From Syntrophobacterales bacterium (lineage in GTDB: Bacteria > Desulfobacterota > Desulfobaccia > Desulfobaccales > 0-14-0-80-60-11): a DNA stretch of 64,000 nt. The notes under the pieces were generated by a model. It was not told the DNA's origin, made no database searches, and worked only from the letters and a program-made list of their open reading frames with translations. The stretch is taken from positions 10,295 to 74,294 of the forward strand of contig JARRKO010000039.1 of assembly GCA_037388025.1 (NCBI GenBank). The letters are read 5' to 3'. The translations under genes and the position numbers were made by a program. Shown piece by piece: positions 9,345 to 18,976 of this stretch (its first letter is position 1; every line of letters begins with the position of its first letter).

Positions 9345-10109
9345 ATGGAACTACTGGACCTTAACGGCCTCAGACTGTACCGCTTCCCTCGATTATCGGC
9401 TTTTCCCGAGGTCATCCATGGGGTGTTCACCCGGCAAGGCGGGGTGAGCCGTGGATCCTATCACAGCCTCAACGTCAGCCTGGCCGTGGGTGACCTGTCT
9501 TCCCAAGTGGAGGAAAACCTGCGGCGGGTGCAGCAGACCCTAGACCTGGACGGGCTCGTCAGTGCCACCCAGGTGCACGGCCTCAACGAGGCCGTTATTC
9601 AAGCAGGCTGTGCCACTCTTCCGGGAGAAATCCCGGAAGTGGACATCCTCATCACAGCCCAGCCCGATCTGGGCCTGGTCATCAAGCAAGCGGACTGTCA
9701 GGCCGTAATGTTTTACGATCCCGAGCACCGGGTGGTGGCCCAGACCCACTGCGGTTGGCGGGGCCAGGTCGGCGGCGTCCTGCGCGAGACCGTCAGGCGC
9801 CTTGCCTTCCACTTTCATTCCCGTCCCCAGGCCCTCCAGGCCGCCATCGGTCCGGGATTGGGCCCCTGCTGCGCCGAATTTCGCCACTACCGGCGGGAGT
9901 TTCCCCCTGAATTGTGGAAATACCAGGTGCGTCCGGGGTATTTCGACCTCTGGCAACTCAGCTTCGACCAGCTTGCGGCTGCGGGGATCAAGCCTGGCAA
10001 CATCGAAGTGGCCGCTCTCTGCACCCGCTGCCGGCCAACGGAGTTTTTCTCTTACCGCCGGGAAGGGGTCACAGGTCGCCAGGCCGCGGTGATTGCCCTC
10101 AGACCCTGA
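9345..10109 (+). CDS. pgeF: Peptidoglycan editing factor PgeF / YfiH (DUF152, laccase-domain) family
   Basis: 254 aa. Family text VHG...DILITAQP...ADCQAV...HCGWRG...CTRC. Confidence 0.85.
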   Translation: MELLDLNGLRLYRFPRLSAFPEVIHGVFTRQGGVSRGSYHSLNVSLAVGDLSSQVEENLRRVQQTLDLDGLVSATQVHGLNEAVIQAGCATLPGEIPEVDILITAQPDLGLVIKQADCQAVMFYDPEHRVVAQTHCGWRGQVGGVLRETVRRLAFHFHSRPQALQAAIGPGLGPCCAEFRHYRREFPPELWKYQVRPGYFDLWQLSFDQLAAAGIKPGNIEVAALCTRCRPTEFFSYRREGVTGRQAAVIALRP

Positions 10110-10147
10110 AAACGGCCAAGTTGCCTAAAAGGAGAGGCGGTGCCTAT

Positions 10148-10306
10148 TTAGGCAGAAGGCGGCGGTTCTTTTTTGGTAAATTTGTCCTTGAAATCATTAT
10201 ACGTTTTTTTGCCCTGCTCGAGGGCCTTGGTCACCTGCTCAGGGTGCTTGTAACCCACATAAATTCCCACACCTAACCCTATAACCAACCAAAAAACCAT
10301 ATCCAT
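10148..10306 (-). CDS. Small membrane protein (52 aa), absent from the ORF track
   Basis: AAGGAAGGAAG SD upstream of the ATG. MDMVFWLVIGLGVGIYVGY is one TM helix, followed by a charged tail (KHPEQVTKALEQGKKTYNDFKDKFTKKEPPPSA). Confidence 0.4.
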   Translation of the reverse strand: MDMVFWLVIGLGVGIYVGYKHPEQVTKALEQGKKTYNDFKDKFTKKEPPPSA

Positions 10307-10379
10307 TTCTTCCTTCCTTGTGTGTGATCAGGTTCAAAAATCAATATATTTTTATCGTTCCTCAGGGGAAATGGCAACC

Positions 10380-11018
10380 TCATTCCAGGGCAGCCAGCGC
10401 CTCTTGGGCCAGCCGGCCCACGGTGGTGCGGCGCAGTTCCCCTCGGTCGTAAAGCTCCACCGACTCTTTATCCTCCACTAATTTTTCCAATGGTCCTCTG
10501 GCTTCCCGGTGCTTTAATTTGCCTAGAGCCCAGGCGCTCAAGCCCCGAATCTGGGGGTCATTGTCTGTTAAACAGGCAAAAATGGCGGGGCAGACCTCGC
10601 CCAGCGCGTCCGGGTGCACCTCGGCCAGACGGCCGATACCCCAAAGCATGGGCTCTCGGGAGAAGGGCTCATTCAGGAAACCGCAAAACATGGGGATGAT
10701 GTCGGCCACTACGGGGAGCTCATGCCGACCGATTTCTCCCAGGGCCGCGGCCGCCCCCCAGCCAAAGCTCCCGGAATCTTCATTTAGGAGCCAAAGCAGC
10801 CGGGTGATGACCTTCTGCACCTGCTGGGGATGACCGTGAGCCACGTGGCCCAATCCCTCCAGGGCCCGCCAATGCATGGGGTCGTGGGGGTCATAGAGGA
10901 ACTGCAACAGGCGATCCGCCACCTGTTTTTCTTCACCGGCCAGCGCTACCAGTTCTGGAAATTTTCCCTTTTCCAGTAAGGTTCGGATCTCTTGCCGCAG
11001 CGCGGCTCGACTCTTCAT
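10380..11018 (-). CDS. HEAT-repeat protein (DVU0298-like)
   Basis: 212 aa of repeated helical HEAT-like units (..WRALEGLG.., ..AAAALGEIG.., ..AWALGKL..). Confidence 0.65.
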   Translation of the reverse strand: MKSRAALRQEIRTLLEKGKFPELVALAGEEKQVADRLLQFLYDPHDPMHWRALEGLGHVAHGHPQQVQKVITRLLWLLNEDSGSFGWGAAAALGEIGRHELPVVADIIPMFCGFLNEPFSREPMLWGIGRLAEVHPDALGEVCPAIFACLTDNDPQIRGLSAWALGKLKHREARGPLEKLVEDKESVELYDRGELRRTTVGRLAQEALAALE

Positions 11019-11022
11019 GGGG

Positions 11023-11052
11023 CCAGGCTATATCAGTCCAGGTTATATCAGT
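11023..11052. repeat. Tandem 15-mer (CCAGGYTATATCAGT x2) abutting the start of the HEAT-repeat gene
   Basis: Two adjacent copies differ at one base. They lie 5 nt from the ATG at 11018 (minus strand). Confidence 0.8.
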
Positions 11053-11069
11053 AAAAATAGTAATTCTGG

Positions 11070-11474
11070 TTAAAAGGGGATGTCGTCGTCGGGCACGCCC
11101 CCCTCCGGCGGCGAGAAGGGGGCTTCAGTTTCCCGCTCCCCTCGTCCCTGACCGAGCATTCTCATAGTGTCGGCCACGATCTCGTAAGAGTATCGCTTTA
11201 CGCCATCTTGCTCCCAGGTATCGGAGCGGATGCGGCCTTCAATGTAAACCTGACGGCCCTTGGAGAGATACTGGCCGCAGATTTCGGCAAGCTTGCCCCA
11301 GGCCGTGATACGGTGCCATTCGGTGCGCTCCTGCCGGGTACCTTGCCGGTCGGTAAAAGTCTCGCTGGTGGCAATGCGGAATTTGGCCACCGCCGTGCCA
11401 CTCGCGGTATAACGTAATTCGGGATCCGCCCCCAGGTTACCAATTAAAATCACCTTGTTTACGCCACCAGCCAT
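11070..11474 (-). CDS. ssb: Single-stranded DNA-binding protein
   Basis: OB-fold text [19 protein letters not shown]...[12 protein letters not shown] and acidic tail ending DDDIPF. Confidence 0.92.
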   Translation of the reverse strand: MAGGVNKVILIGNLGADPELRYTASGTAVAKFRIATSETFTDRQGTRQERTEWHRITAWGKLAEICGQYLSKGRQVYIEGRIRSDTWEQDGVKRYSYEIVADTMRMLGQGRGERETEAPFSPPEGGVPDDDIPF

Positions 11475-11642
11475 ACTTCCTCCTTGGGGCTCCTGGCCTT
11501 GGAATTATTTTCCTCTACCACACAAAGAAACCCCAAGCAAGGACTAATCTCTCCAGGAGGATTTAAGGAAGGGGACTCGTAGGTAGTTGACAGTGGAAAT
11601 TGATTGATGGCTTATACCACTTAATATTGACCGCATCAAACC

Positions 11643-11702
11643 GTAGGGGCGGACCCGCGTGTCCGCCCGTTATTTTGGGCCGACACATGGGTCGGCCCCT
11701 AC
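11643..11702. repeat. Tandem GC-rich hairpin pair (GTAGGGGCGGAC...GTCGGCCCCTAC)
   Basis: GGGCGGAC/GTCCGCCC (11647-11668) and GGGCCGAC/GTCGGCCC (11677-11698). The element ends are mutually inverted (GTAGGGG / CCCCTAC). Confidence 0.8.
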
Positions 11703-11730
11703 GAAATTTTCATTTCAGAGAGAACGGGGC

Positions 11731-13488
11731 TCATTTCCTCGGACGGGCCCAATCGAGCAACCTGAGTTCCGGGGTGATCTGGCCCATAAAGGAGGAAAAG
11801 CGGGCACTAAGGGCCACCTCAAGGGGGCCGGAGAGGGGGTGGTACGAGCCCTGGTCAAAGGCGATGGCTTCCAGGACCACCTGGCCCTGGGAAAGCTGTA
11901 CCTTCAGATGTCGTTCCCCCACCACCCGGGAGGTGAGACATTCCACGGTCTGGCAGACGAAAACCGGCTCGGGGTTCCCCGGGCCGAAGGGACGCAGGCG
12001 TTCCAGGTGTTTATAGAAATTCTGGTCCAGGTCGAACAAATCCACCGCGGCGTCCACCCTGAGCGTGGGGCGCAAGCGGGCCTCTCCCACCTGGGTCAGG
12101 AAAGCCTCTTCCAAAGCTTCCTGCAGGGCCGGGAGGTTTTCCTCGGCAACGGTGAAACCGGCCGCGGCTTCATGGCCGCCAAATTTCACCAGATGTTGGC
12201 GGCACGCCCTCAATCCCTGAAAAAGATGATACCCTTCGATGGAGCGGGCCGAGCCTTTGCCCAGGCCGTCCTTCAGGCTCACCAGGGCCACGGGCCGGTG
12301 AAACTCTTCGGCTAAACGGGCCGCCGCGATTCCCAGGACGCCGGGGTGCCAGCCTTCCCGGCCCAGAACCAGGACCGGTCGCTGCTCCCAGCCCTCCTGG
12401 CGGATCAAGCTGAGGGCCTGGTTTAAAACTTCTTGTTCCAGGGACTGGCGTCGCCGGTTGAATTCATTGAGAATTCTCGCCTGGGCCCGGGCCTGGCCCA
12501 GGTCCGTGGCCAAAAGCAGATGGAGAGCTCCCTGGGCCTGGCCCAGCCTCCCGGCAGCGTTGAGGCGGGGAGCCAGGCGAAAGCCTATGTCCCGGAAGGT
12601 GACGGTCTTGCCGTTCAACCCCGAGGCCTCCTTCAAAGCCAGCAACCCCGGACGCCGGGTCTCTTCGAGGACCCCGAGCCCCTGGCGCACCAAAATGCGG
12701 TTTTCCCCCAACACCGGGACCACATCAGCCGCGGTTCCCAGGGCCACCAAGTCCAGGTAATTTTTGAGATTCGGTTCCGGGTGGTTTTCGAACCAGCCTT
12801 CGTCCCGGAGCTGAGCCCTGACCGCCAGAGCCAGGAGCAACGCCACTCCCACCCCGGCCAGCATCCCGAAGGGGTAGGACTCACCGCCCCGTTTGGGGTT
12901 CACCACCGCCAGGGCGGGGGGCAACTCCGGAGGCAATTCGTGGTGGTCGGTGATGATGACCTCGATGCCGTGGTCCTGGGCCCAGGTCACCTCCGCGGCG
13001 TCGCTCACCCCGCAGTCCACCGTCACCAGCAGCCTGGCTTTCGAGGCCAACTTCTCCAAAGCCGTCTGGTTGAGGCCATAGCCCTCCTCCAAACGGTCCG
13101 GGATGTAGGGGAAACAGGTTAGACCCAGTTCCTGGAAAAACTGGGTAAGGAGACAAGTGGCGGTCAGGCCGTCGGCGTCATAGTCCCCGTACACCACCAG
13201 GGGTTCCCGCTGCCGCACGGCCCGGGCCAGGCGCTCTGCAGCCGCGCCCAGGTCCGGCAGGCCAAAGGGAGTCGCCAGGCGGTCCAGGGTGGGCTCCAGG
13301 AAGGCCAGGACCTCCTCCGGGTCCGAAAGCCCGCGGTTCAGTAAAAGTCGGGCGATGAGGGGCGGCAGACCGTGGCGGGAACTTACCTGTCCCACTAAAT
13401 CCAACCGCTCCGGATGCATCTGCCACACCTTCCGCCGCCGCATGACTCTCCTTAGGTATGATTTTTGATGGAGAGGACCAGGGGTCAC
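11731..13488 (-). CDS. recJ: Single-stranded-DNA-specific exonuclease RecJ
   Basis: DHH/DHHA1 text (VVYGDYDADG, ITDHH, GGHEAAAGF). The start may be an internal Met. Confidence 0.9.
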   Translation of the reverse strand: MTPGPLHQKSYLRRVMRRRKVWQMHPERLDLVGQVSSRHGLPPLIARLLLNRGLSDPEEVLAFLEPTLDRLATPFGLPDLGAAAERLARAVRQREPLVVYGDYDADGLTATCLLTQFFQELGLTCFPYIPDRLEEGYGLNQTALEKLASKARLLVTVDCGVSDAAEVTWAQDHGIEVIITDHHELPPELPPALAVVNPKRGGESYPFGMLAGVGVALLLALAVRAQLRDEGWFENHPEPNLKNYLDLVALGTAADVVPVLGENRILVRQGLGVLEETRRPGLLALKEASGLNGKTVTFRDIGFRLAPRLNAAGRLGQAQGALHLLLATDLGQARAQARILNEFNRRRQSLEQEVLNQALSLIRQEGWEQRPVLVLGREGWHPGVLGIAAARLAEEFHRPVALVSLKDGLGKGSARSIEGYHLFQGLRACRQHLVKFGGHEAAAGFTVAEENLPALQEALEEAFLTQVGEARLRPTLRVDAAVDLFDLDQNFYKHLERLRPFGPGNPEPVFVCQTVECLTSRVVGERHLKVQLSQGQVVLEAIAFDQGSYHPLSGPLEVALSARFSSFMGQITPELRLLDWARPRK

Positions 13489-13583
13489 GGATCCCTGCCC
13501 CCTCCCTTAAGCTCCCTCCCCCAACCCCCTAAGGGAAAAGGGTTAGCAGGTAGTGGAGCCGTGTTCCCCCACTTTCCTTAAGG

Positions 13584-14297
13584 TCAATCCACCGTCTCCC
13601 CCGGTTTCAGAGGGATCACCCGGGTTTCCGGTTGGTCTTTTATAAGGTCCTGCAATTCCTCCGGGGTGCCGGTGAGCACCGGAAAGGTGCCGTAGTGCAT
13701 GGGAATGACGAAACGGGGTTTCAGCATCCGGCAGGCCAGGGCCGCTTCCTTGGGGCTCATGACATAGTGGCTGCCGATGGGCAGCAGGGCCACCTCGGGA
13801 TGATAAAGTTCCCGGATGAGTTCCATGTCCCGGAACACCGCGGTATCTCCGGCATGGTACACGGAGAAACCGTCGGGGAAGGTGACCACAAAGCCTCCCG
13901 GGTCCCCGGCAGAGACCATCTGGCCCCCCACTTCGGCGGTGGAAGAGTGGATGGCCGTGGTCATGGTGACTTTGAGGCCATCGAGGCTGATGGTGCCCCC
14001 TTTATTCATGCCTATGACCTGGGGAGCGCCGGCCTGGGCCAGAATCTGGGAAAGTTCATGAATGGCCACCACCTGGGCCCCAGTGGCCTGAGCCAGGGGC
14101 ACCGTCTCCCCGATATGATCGGCATGGCCGTGAGTGACGAGAATGGCGTCCACCGGTCCCACCTCGGAGACCGGTGTGTTGAGAAGGGGGTTGCTGAGCC
14201 AGGGATCGATGACCACCGTTACACCCTGGCCGGACAGTTTAAAAGCGGCGTGGCCGTAAAAGGTGATGCTGACGCCGCGACCGATGGTTCCTGCCAT
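13584..14297 (-). CDS. Metal-dependent hydrolase, MBL fold (UPF0173-like)
   Basis: THGHADH motif and beta-lactamase-fold layout, 237 aa. Confidence 0.85.
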   Translation of the reverse strand: MAGTIGRGVSITFYGHAAFKLSGQGVTVVIDPWLSNPLLNTPVSEVGPVDAILVTHGHADHIGETVPLAQATGAQVVAIHELSQILAQAGAPQVIGMNKGGTISLDGLKVTMTTAIHSSTAEVGGQMVSAGDPGGFVVTFPDGFSVYHAGDTAVFRDMELIRELYHPEVALLPIGSHYVMSPKEAALACRMLKPRFVIPMHYGTFPVLTGTPEELQDLIKDQPETRVIPLKPGETVD

Positions 14298-14348
14298 GGC
14301 AGCCTCCCATATAAGACCAGCAAAATGCTGATTTGCCGATTAGTGAGA

Positions 14349-15359
14349 TTAGTAAAAGTTCTTGGGTACCTGGGCCAATTGTTCCAAAGTTTCCAGGCTA
14401 TGACGCACTCCTAGGGCGATCAGGGTGTCTCCGGCATCAATCTGCGTGCCGGGACTGGGGTTGAAGATCATGTCCCCGTTGGCCCGCTTGATGGAAACAA
14501 TGATAGTATTAAGATTTTGGCGGATGCCTGAATCTTTGAGGGCCTTACCCACCAGCGGAGAGGAAGGGGCCACCGGGATCTCTTCCATGCTCAGATCCAC
14601 GTCCTCTTTCATGGCCAGGTCCAGGAAGGTTACCACGTTGGGACGCAGAATGGACTGGGCCATTTTGCGGCCGCCCAATTCATAGGGAGATTCCACCCGA
14701 TTAGCCCCGGCCCGCAGCAGCTTCTGTTCCGAGCCCGGCTCTGCGGCCCGGGCCACAATGAAGATATTCGGGTTAAGACTGCGGGCGGTCAGGGTTATGA
14801 AAACGTTATTGGCATCTGAGGAAACCACGGCAATCAATCCTTTGGCTCGTTCAATACCGGCTTCCATCAGAACTTCTTCTTTGGTAGCGTCTCCCACCAA
14901 AATATCGTAGCCCAACTCTTCCAGGCCTACCACCAGTTCTGCTTGGTTCTCCACCACCACAAAAGGAATGTGCCGCTGCTTCAGTTGCCGGGCGATAATC
15001 TCCCCGATGCGGCCGAAGCCGCAAATGATGTAGTGGCCGTGAAGTTTCTGGATATGTTTCTGCAATTTGCGCTTTCCCAGGGCGTCCCTGATTTCGCCCT
15101 CAACAATTATCTTGGCCAGCCCGGTGATGATGTAGAACATGATCCCGATCCCGGCCAGCATCAGCCCTATGCTGTAGAACCGCCCCACCTGGGTCAGGGG
15201 CCTCACCTCCCCATAACCCACAGTGGTGAGGGTTATGACTGTCATCCACAAGGCGTCGAGGAAGTTCCAGCCCTCGACCCAGACATAGCCCAGAGAGCCC
15301 AAGATAATAAAAATTATCAGGATGGCGCTCCACTGGATGATTTTTCGAATGACTACCAT
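14349..15359 (-). CDS. Potassium channel protein with RCK (TrkA-N/TrkA-C) domains
   Basis: Selectivity filter TTVGYGE after two TM helices. Rossmann text ICGFGRIG. C-terminal TrkA-C-like part. Confidence 0.85.
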   Translation of the reverse strand: MVVIRKIIQWSAILIIFIILGSLGYVWVEGWNFLDALWMTVITLTTVGYGEVRPLTQVGRFYSIGLMLAGIGIMFYIITGLAKIIVEGEIRDALGKRKLQKHIQKLHGHYIICGFGRIGEIIARQLKQRHIPFVVVENQAELVVGLEELGYDILVGDATKEEVLMEAGIERAKGLIAVVSSDANNVFITLTARSLNPNIFIVARAAEPGSEQKLLRAGANRVESPYELGGRKMAQSILRPNVVTFLDLAMKEDVDLSMEEIPVAPSSPLVGKALKDSGIRQNLNTIIVSIKRANGDMIFNPSPGTQIDAGDTLIALGVRHSLETLEQLAQVPKNFY

Positions 15360-15416
15360 CCCGCGCGAAAACCTGGCGCCATTCTAAAACTGTCAATCCA
15401 GGGTGTCATGAACCCT

Positions 15417-17333
15417 TTAACCCTTGACCAGGGCCTCGGCCACATAGGAGTCGGTGATAAGGACATTAAAGAAGCGCCCTTTGAGGCAAGCCCGGATAGC
15501 CTCGGTTTTCTCAACCCCTCCGGCCACGGCTATGATGAATTTGTTTTCCTGAGCCGCCTTTTCACGTAATTCCGGGGCCATAACGCCGATGATGCGGTCG
15601 GTCAGGGCCGCGAGGTCCTTGTCTTTTTTACCGATCAGGGGTTCCCCTTGAACATTGATGGGCGTATGGTTGATCTCCGCCACCACGCCTTTGGCGGCCA
15701 ACTGCTCGGCGCTCAGGTTTAATTCCTGCTGGGCCAGAGCCATGAAGCCCGGCTTATCCACCGCCAGGTGGCCGATGGCCAGGAGCATAATGTCCACGTC
15801 CCAAATGTCCTGATAAATCTTCTGGAGTTCCGGGTTGGCCTTGATTTGCGCTTCGTATTCCTTCCGGGAGGTGACGGGCATGGAGGGCAGATTATAGGCG
15901 ATGGCGTCCGGATATTTGGTGCTCATCATGCCCACTAAAGCATTGCTGGTCAGTCCCGGCATAAAGAAGATACGGGTCAGAGATAGCGGATAAATGTGTG
16001 GGTTGCTGAGCCGCTCCTGCTCCAGATACGTGACCAAGTAATACAAGGTTTTGCCGCAGGAGATGCCGATCTTGATGCCGTCCCAGGCGACTTCCTGGAC
16101 ATAATGGGCAGCCTCCCGGGCTATGGTCTTTTGCACCGCTTCGAAATCCTTGATCCCGGGATCCACCACCCTGATCTCCTTGAGATGCGGATACATTTTA
16201 TAAAGTTCGTCCTCCAGATCGGAACGCCGCGGGATAGCCGACTTCTCGAAAATAAAAGCCATGACCTGGGGCAGCGTGGTGTATTCCATTTCATGGAGAC
16301 CCAGCCGGTGCGGCTCAAAAGGTCCATGGCGACGCATGTAAGTGGCTACTTCGCTGGCCTGCCTCCGGGCATCGTCATAGGCCACATCGGAGAACAGGTC
16401 CACCGGCCCGATGAGTTTGCCTTCGCAGAGCTGGTACCCAGCGGCGATGACCCGGGGCGGCCCGTCAAAGCGGATGGGCCGGGCGTCGGCAAAGGAAACC
16501 GGCATCAAGGGGCCGTTGTGGGAACCCCGCATCCAGCCCTCTACCAAGTGCGGAAAAGCAAAGGGCTCCAATACCTCACCCACCGCGGGAAAACCGGACT
16601 GGGAGCGCACTATGAGCACCGGGTCGTCTTTACCCACATAGCGGCCGGCGATGAGGCCTAGTTTTTGAGAGGACGCCACCGAGACAATCTCGTTATCCTT
16701 TTTCCGGTAGACGCTCTCGATGAGGTATCTGGATGATGCCCCGATGAGGACCAGCATGTCGTACATGTCTTCCGGACAGGAGAGTATCCATTCCTTGTCT
16801 TCAAATACGTCCAGGATCCGGAAGCGGAAACCCCGGTGCATGGAAGGGTCGATGACCAACCCAGGGGTATTGAAGGGATCGGCGAACATTTTAAAGAGCG
16901 GCAGGTTCCAGGCCCCGGGCGAAGTCTTGTCCGCCATGAAAATGATCACCGGCTCACTCTTGCGCTCCACGAAGCTCAATTCCGCCACGCCAGGCCCCAT
17001 GCCTTTGACATTGCCCGAGAAAGCGTCGGCCAGCATATCCTGCCCGGCCCCATAAAGCTTCATGCGTTTGGCCAGTTCAGTGAGGTCCAAAAAGGTGTCC
17101 CAGGCGAACTGATGGGTTTCCAGATTGTCTACGCCCCGGTGGTGGGTCATGACCAGTTCCACGTCATCGCCGACATGAAGCGCATGACCGTCCACCAGGA
17201 AGCCCCGTTTCACGGCATCATCCAGGTGTTTTTGCGCCAGAGCCAGCATGTCCGGGTGAGACGAGCTGTGCCCCACCCAACCGCCGACGTCTGCTTTGAT
17301 AACCGATAGCGTGATTTTTTTCTCAGTTGCCAT
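15417..17333 (-). CDS. fbp: Fructose-1,6-bisphosphate aldolase/phosphatase (class V FBPase) fused to a C-terminal SorC/CggR-type sugar-phosphate-binding domain
   Basis: Residues about 1-365 match the archaeal-type FBPA/P nearly motif for motif (ITLSVIKADVGG..GH, MADKTSPGAWNLPL, MEYTTLP). Residues about 375-638 carry SorC sugar-binding text (IGISCGKTLYYL..., IIAVAGGVEKTEAIRACLKGRFFNVLITD). One uninterrupted 638-aa ORF. Confidence 0.85.
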   Translation of the reverse strand: MATEKKITLSVIKADVGGWVGHSSSHPDMLALAQKHLDDAVKRGFLVDGHALHVGDDVELVMTHHRGVDNLETHQFAWDTFLDLTELAKRMKLYGAGQDMLADAFSGNVKGMGPGVAELSFVERKSEPVIIFMADKTSPGAWNLPLFKMFADPFNTPGLVIDPSMHRGFRFRILDVFEDKEWILSCPEDMYDMLVLIGASSRYLIESVYRKKDNEIVSVASSQKLGLIAGRYVGKDDPVLIVRSQSGFPAVGEVLEPFAFPHLVEGWMRGSHNGPLMPVSFADARPIRFDGPPRVIAAGYQLCEGKLIGPVDLFSDVAYDDARRQASEVATYMRRHGPFEPHRLGLHEMEYTTLPQVMAFIFEKSAIPRRSDLEDELYKMYPHLKEIRVVDPGIKDFEAVQKTIAREAAHYVQEVAWDGIKIGISCGKTLYYLVTYLEQERLSNPHIYPLSLTRIFFMPGLTSNALVGMMSTKYPDAIAYNLPSMPVTSRKEYEAQIKANPELQKIYQDIWDVDIMLLAIGHLAVDKPGFMALAQQELNLSAEQLAAKGVVAEINHTPINVQGEPLIGKKDKDLAALTDRIIGVMAPELREKAAQENKFIIAVAGGVEKTEAIRACLKGRFFNVLITDSYVAEALVKG

Positions 17334-17391
17334 ATGTGCTCCTTTCCGATACCTTACCCAAATTCCTTGGTATCACGACGAAAGTTGTGGT

Positions 17392-17985
17392 ATGGAGATG
17401 GCCATGTGCCGTTGGCCTTGTTGGATCCTCTTTATTCTGTCGGCCGCTGCGGCTGTCGGCGCTTGTGGGCTTCGGGCCTTGCCGCCCAAGCCTGCCGCGG
17501 TTGCCTTCCTGCCGGGCGAATACTTGAAGGAGTCGTATTTCGCCCCGGATTTTAATCCGGCTGAGACTATTTACTCCTTCAACGCCTTCCCGGTGGCCCA
17601 GGCCAGCAATGTGTCGGCAGAGGCCTTCCGGAAAATCTTCGCCGAAGAACTGGTCCGCGCCTGGCAAGCCCAGGGGCTCAAAATTGGCTCCGGGAAAGAT
17701 GCCTGCTCCCTGTCCGGAACCATCCACCACTTGGCGGTCAGGGGAGCCCACCTGCGCTGGTTAACGGGCCGCTTGTTTGCCTCACTGACTATCTCCGGGA
17801 CCATCACCCGGGGGGACCGGGTGCTGTTTGCCTTCCGGGATCAAGTCTACTTAAGCTCTCCCCTGGCCCCGGGTTTTGCGGCTCCCCATGAAAAGGACTT
17901 GCTCCTTCACCGTTTGGCCCAGGAGACCGTTAACCACCTCCTCAACGAACTGCTGCTTCATGGGGTCACCGGCGATTCCGGGTAG
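17392..17985 (+). CDS. Putative lipoprotein
   Basis: Start moved to the Met giving signal peptide MEMAMCRWPCWILFILSAAAAVGAC (lipobox). The longer track ORF overlaps the fbp start. Confidence 0.55.
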   Translation: MEMAMCRWPCWILFILSAAAAVGACGLRALPPKPAAVAFLPGEYLKESYFAPDFNPAETIYSFNAFPVAQASNVSAEAFRKIFAEELVRAWQAQGLKIGSGKDACSLSGTIHHLAVRGAHLRWLTGRLFASLTISGTITRGDRVLFAFRDQVYLSSPLAPGFAAPHEKDLLLHRLAQETVNHLLNELLLHGVTGDSG

Positions 17986-18692
17986 AGGTCCGCGAAAACC
18001 CGCATGATTATTTTGGGTTTATGTATGGCGTTGGTGAACACCTCAATTTTACCGACGTAACGTCCCCGTTCGTGATATTTATTGATAATATCCATGACAT
18101 AAATCTTGCCGGGCTTTTCCGTCCTGAGGGTTACATCGATTTTATCGGGAATGGAATTTTGAAATTTGGTGATCTGCCAGGGAAACGGCATGTGGGAAAC
18201 AAACCGCACCTGGGCTGTAAGCTTCTCCTCGGGAGCGCCCCGTAAGCGGACAATGTGGCTGGGTAGGATATCGATACTTTTTTCAGCATCCCCTTTTAGA
18301 ACCAAATTCACCGAGGTCCGGTCCTCGTCATTAAATCTGACGTAGGTCTTTTTCTTGAAAGCGTGGACCACGGAAAAGGGCTTGAGTTCCAAGTTAATTT
18401 TGCCCTCCTTCCCGGGCGGAATAACCCGATCATAATCCGCCACAGTACAGGCGCAGTCCGGGTCCACTACCAAAATTTTCAGATCCCGGTCACCGGTATT
18501 TTTGATGACGAAGCTGTGCGCCAAGGCCATGTCTTCCCTTATATGGCCGAAGTCATGCTCCGTCACGGGTATCTCTACCCGGGGTTGGGCCTGGGCGGGG
18601 GCATAGACACCCATACCCAGGAAAATCAGGAGACTCAGAAACAGAGACAAGCGCACAGAATGGGGGTGTGGCTTCTGATCAGTTTTACTCAT
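17958..18692 (-). CDS. DUF1573-domain secreted protein
   Basis: Signal peptide, then HDFGHI....F.IKNTGDRDLKI text typical of DUF1573. Confidence 0.7.
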   Translation of the reverse strand: MSKTDQKPHPHSVRLSLFLSLLIFLGMGVYAPAQAQPRVEIPVTEHDFGHIREDMALAHSFVIKNTGDRDLKILVVDPDCACTVADYDRVIPPGKEGKINLELKPFSVVHAFKKKTYVRFNDEDRTSVNLVLKGDAEKSIDILPSHIVRLRGAPEEKLTAQVRFVSHMPFPWQITKFQNSIPDKIDVTLRTEKPGKIYVMDIINKYHERGRYVGKIEVFTNAIHKPKIIMRVFADLYPESPVTP

Positions 18693-18918
18693 GGGGCATA
18701 TCAGATATTTTTAGATTAGATTGGGTGAGAGGAAATCCAGGCAGATGTGGCCGGGGCCTCTTTCAGCAAGCTCCTCGAGGCTCCGCCCTCTCGGGGCAAT
18801 TCCTGCCCCCACCTAGCCCTCCACGCCAAACTATTGTACCACAAAGAAGCCACGGTGACATACGGGAAATTTACCCCTAACATTCTTCCCCTGAAGGCCG
18901 GTTGTGCCATATTCTAAT

Positions 18919-18947
18919 TTTACCCATGGCTCGAAGTGGTATATAAT
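18919..18947 (+). promoter_or_regulatory. Candidate sigma70-type promoter for hisB
   Basis: TTTACC, 17-nt spacer, TATAAT; about 30 nt upstream of the hisB ATG. Confidence 0.35.
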
Positions 18948-18976
18948 GGCCTGAAAATCAGCCACGAGTCTCGCGC

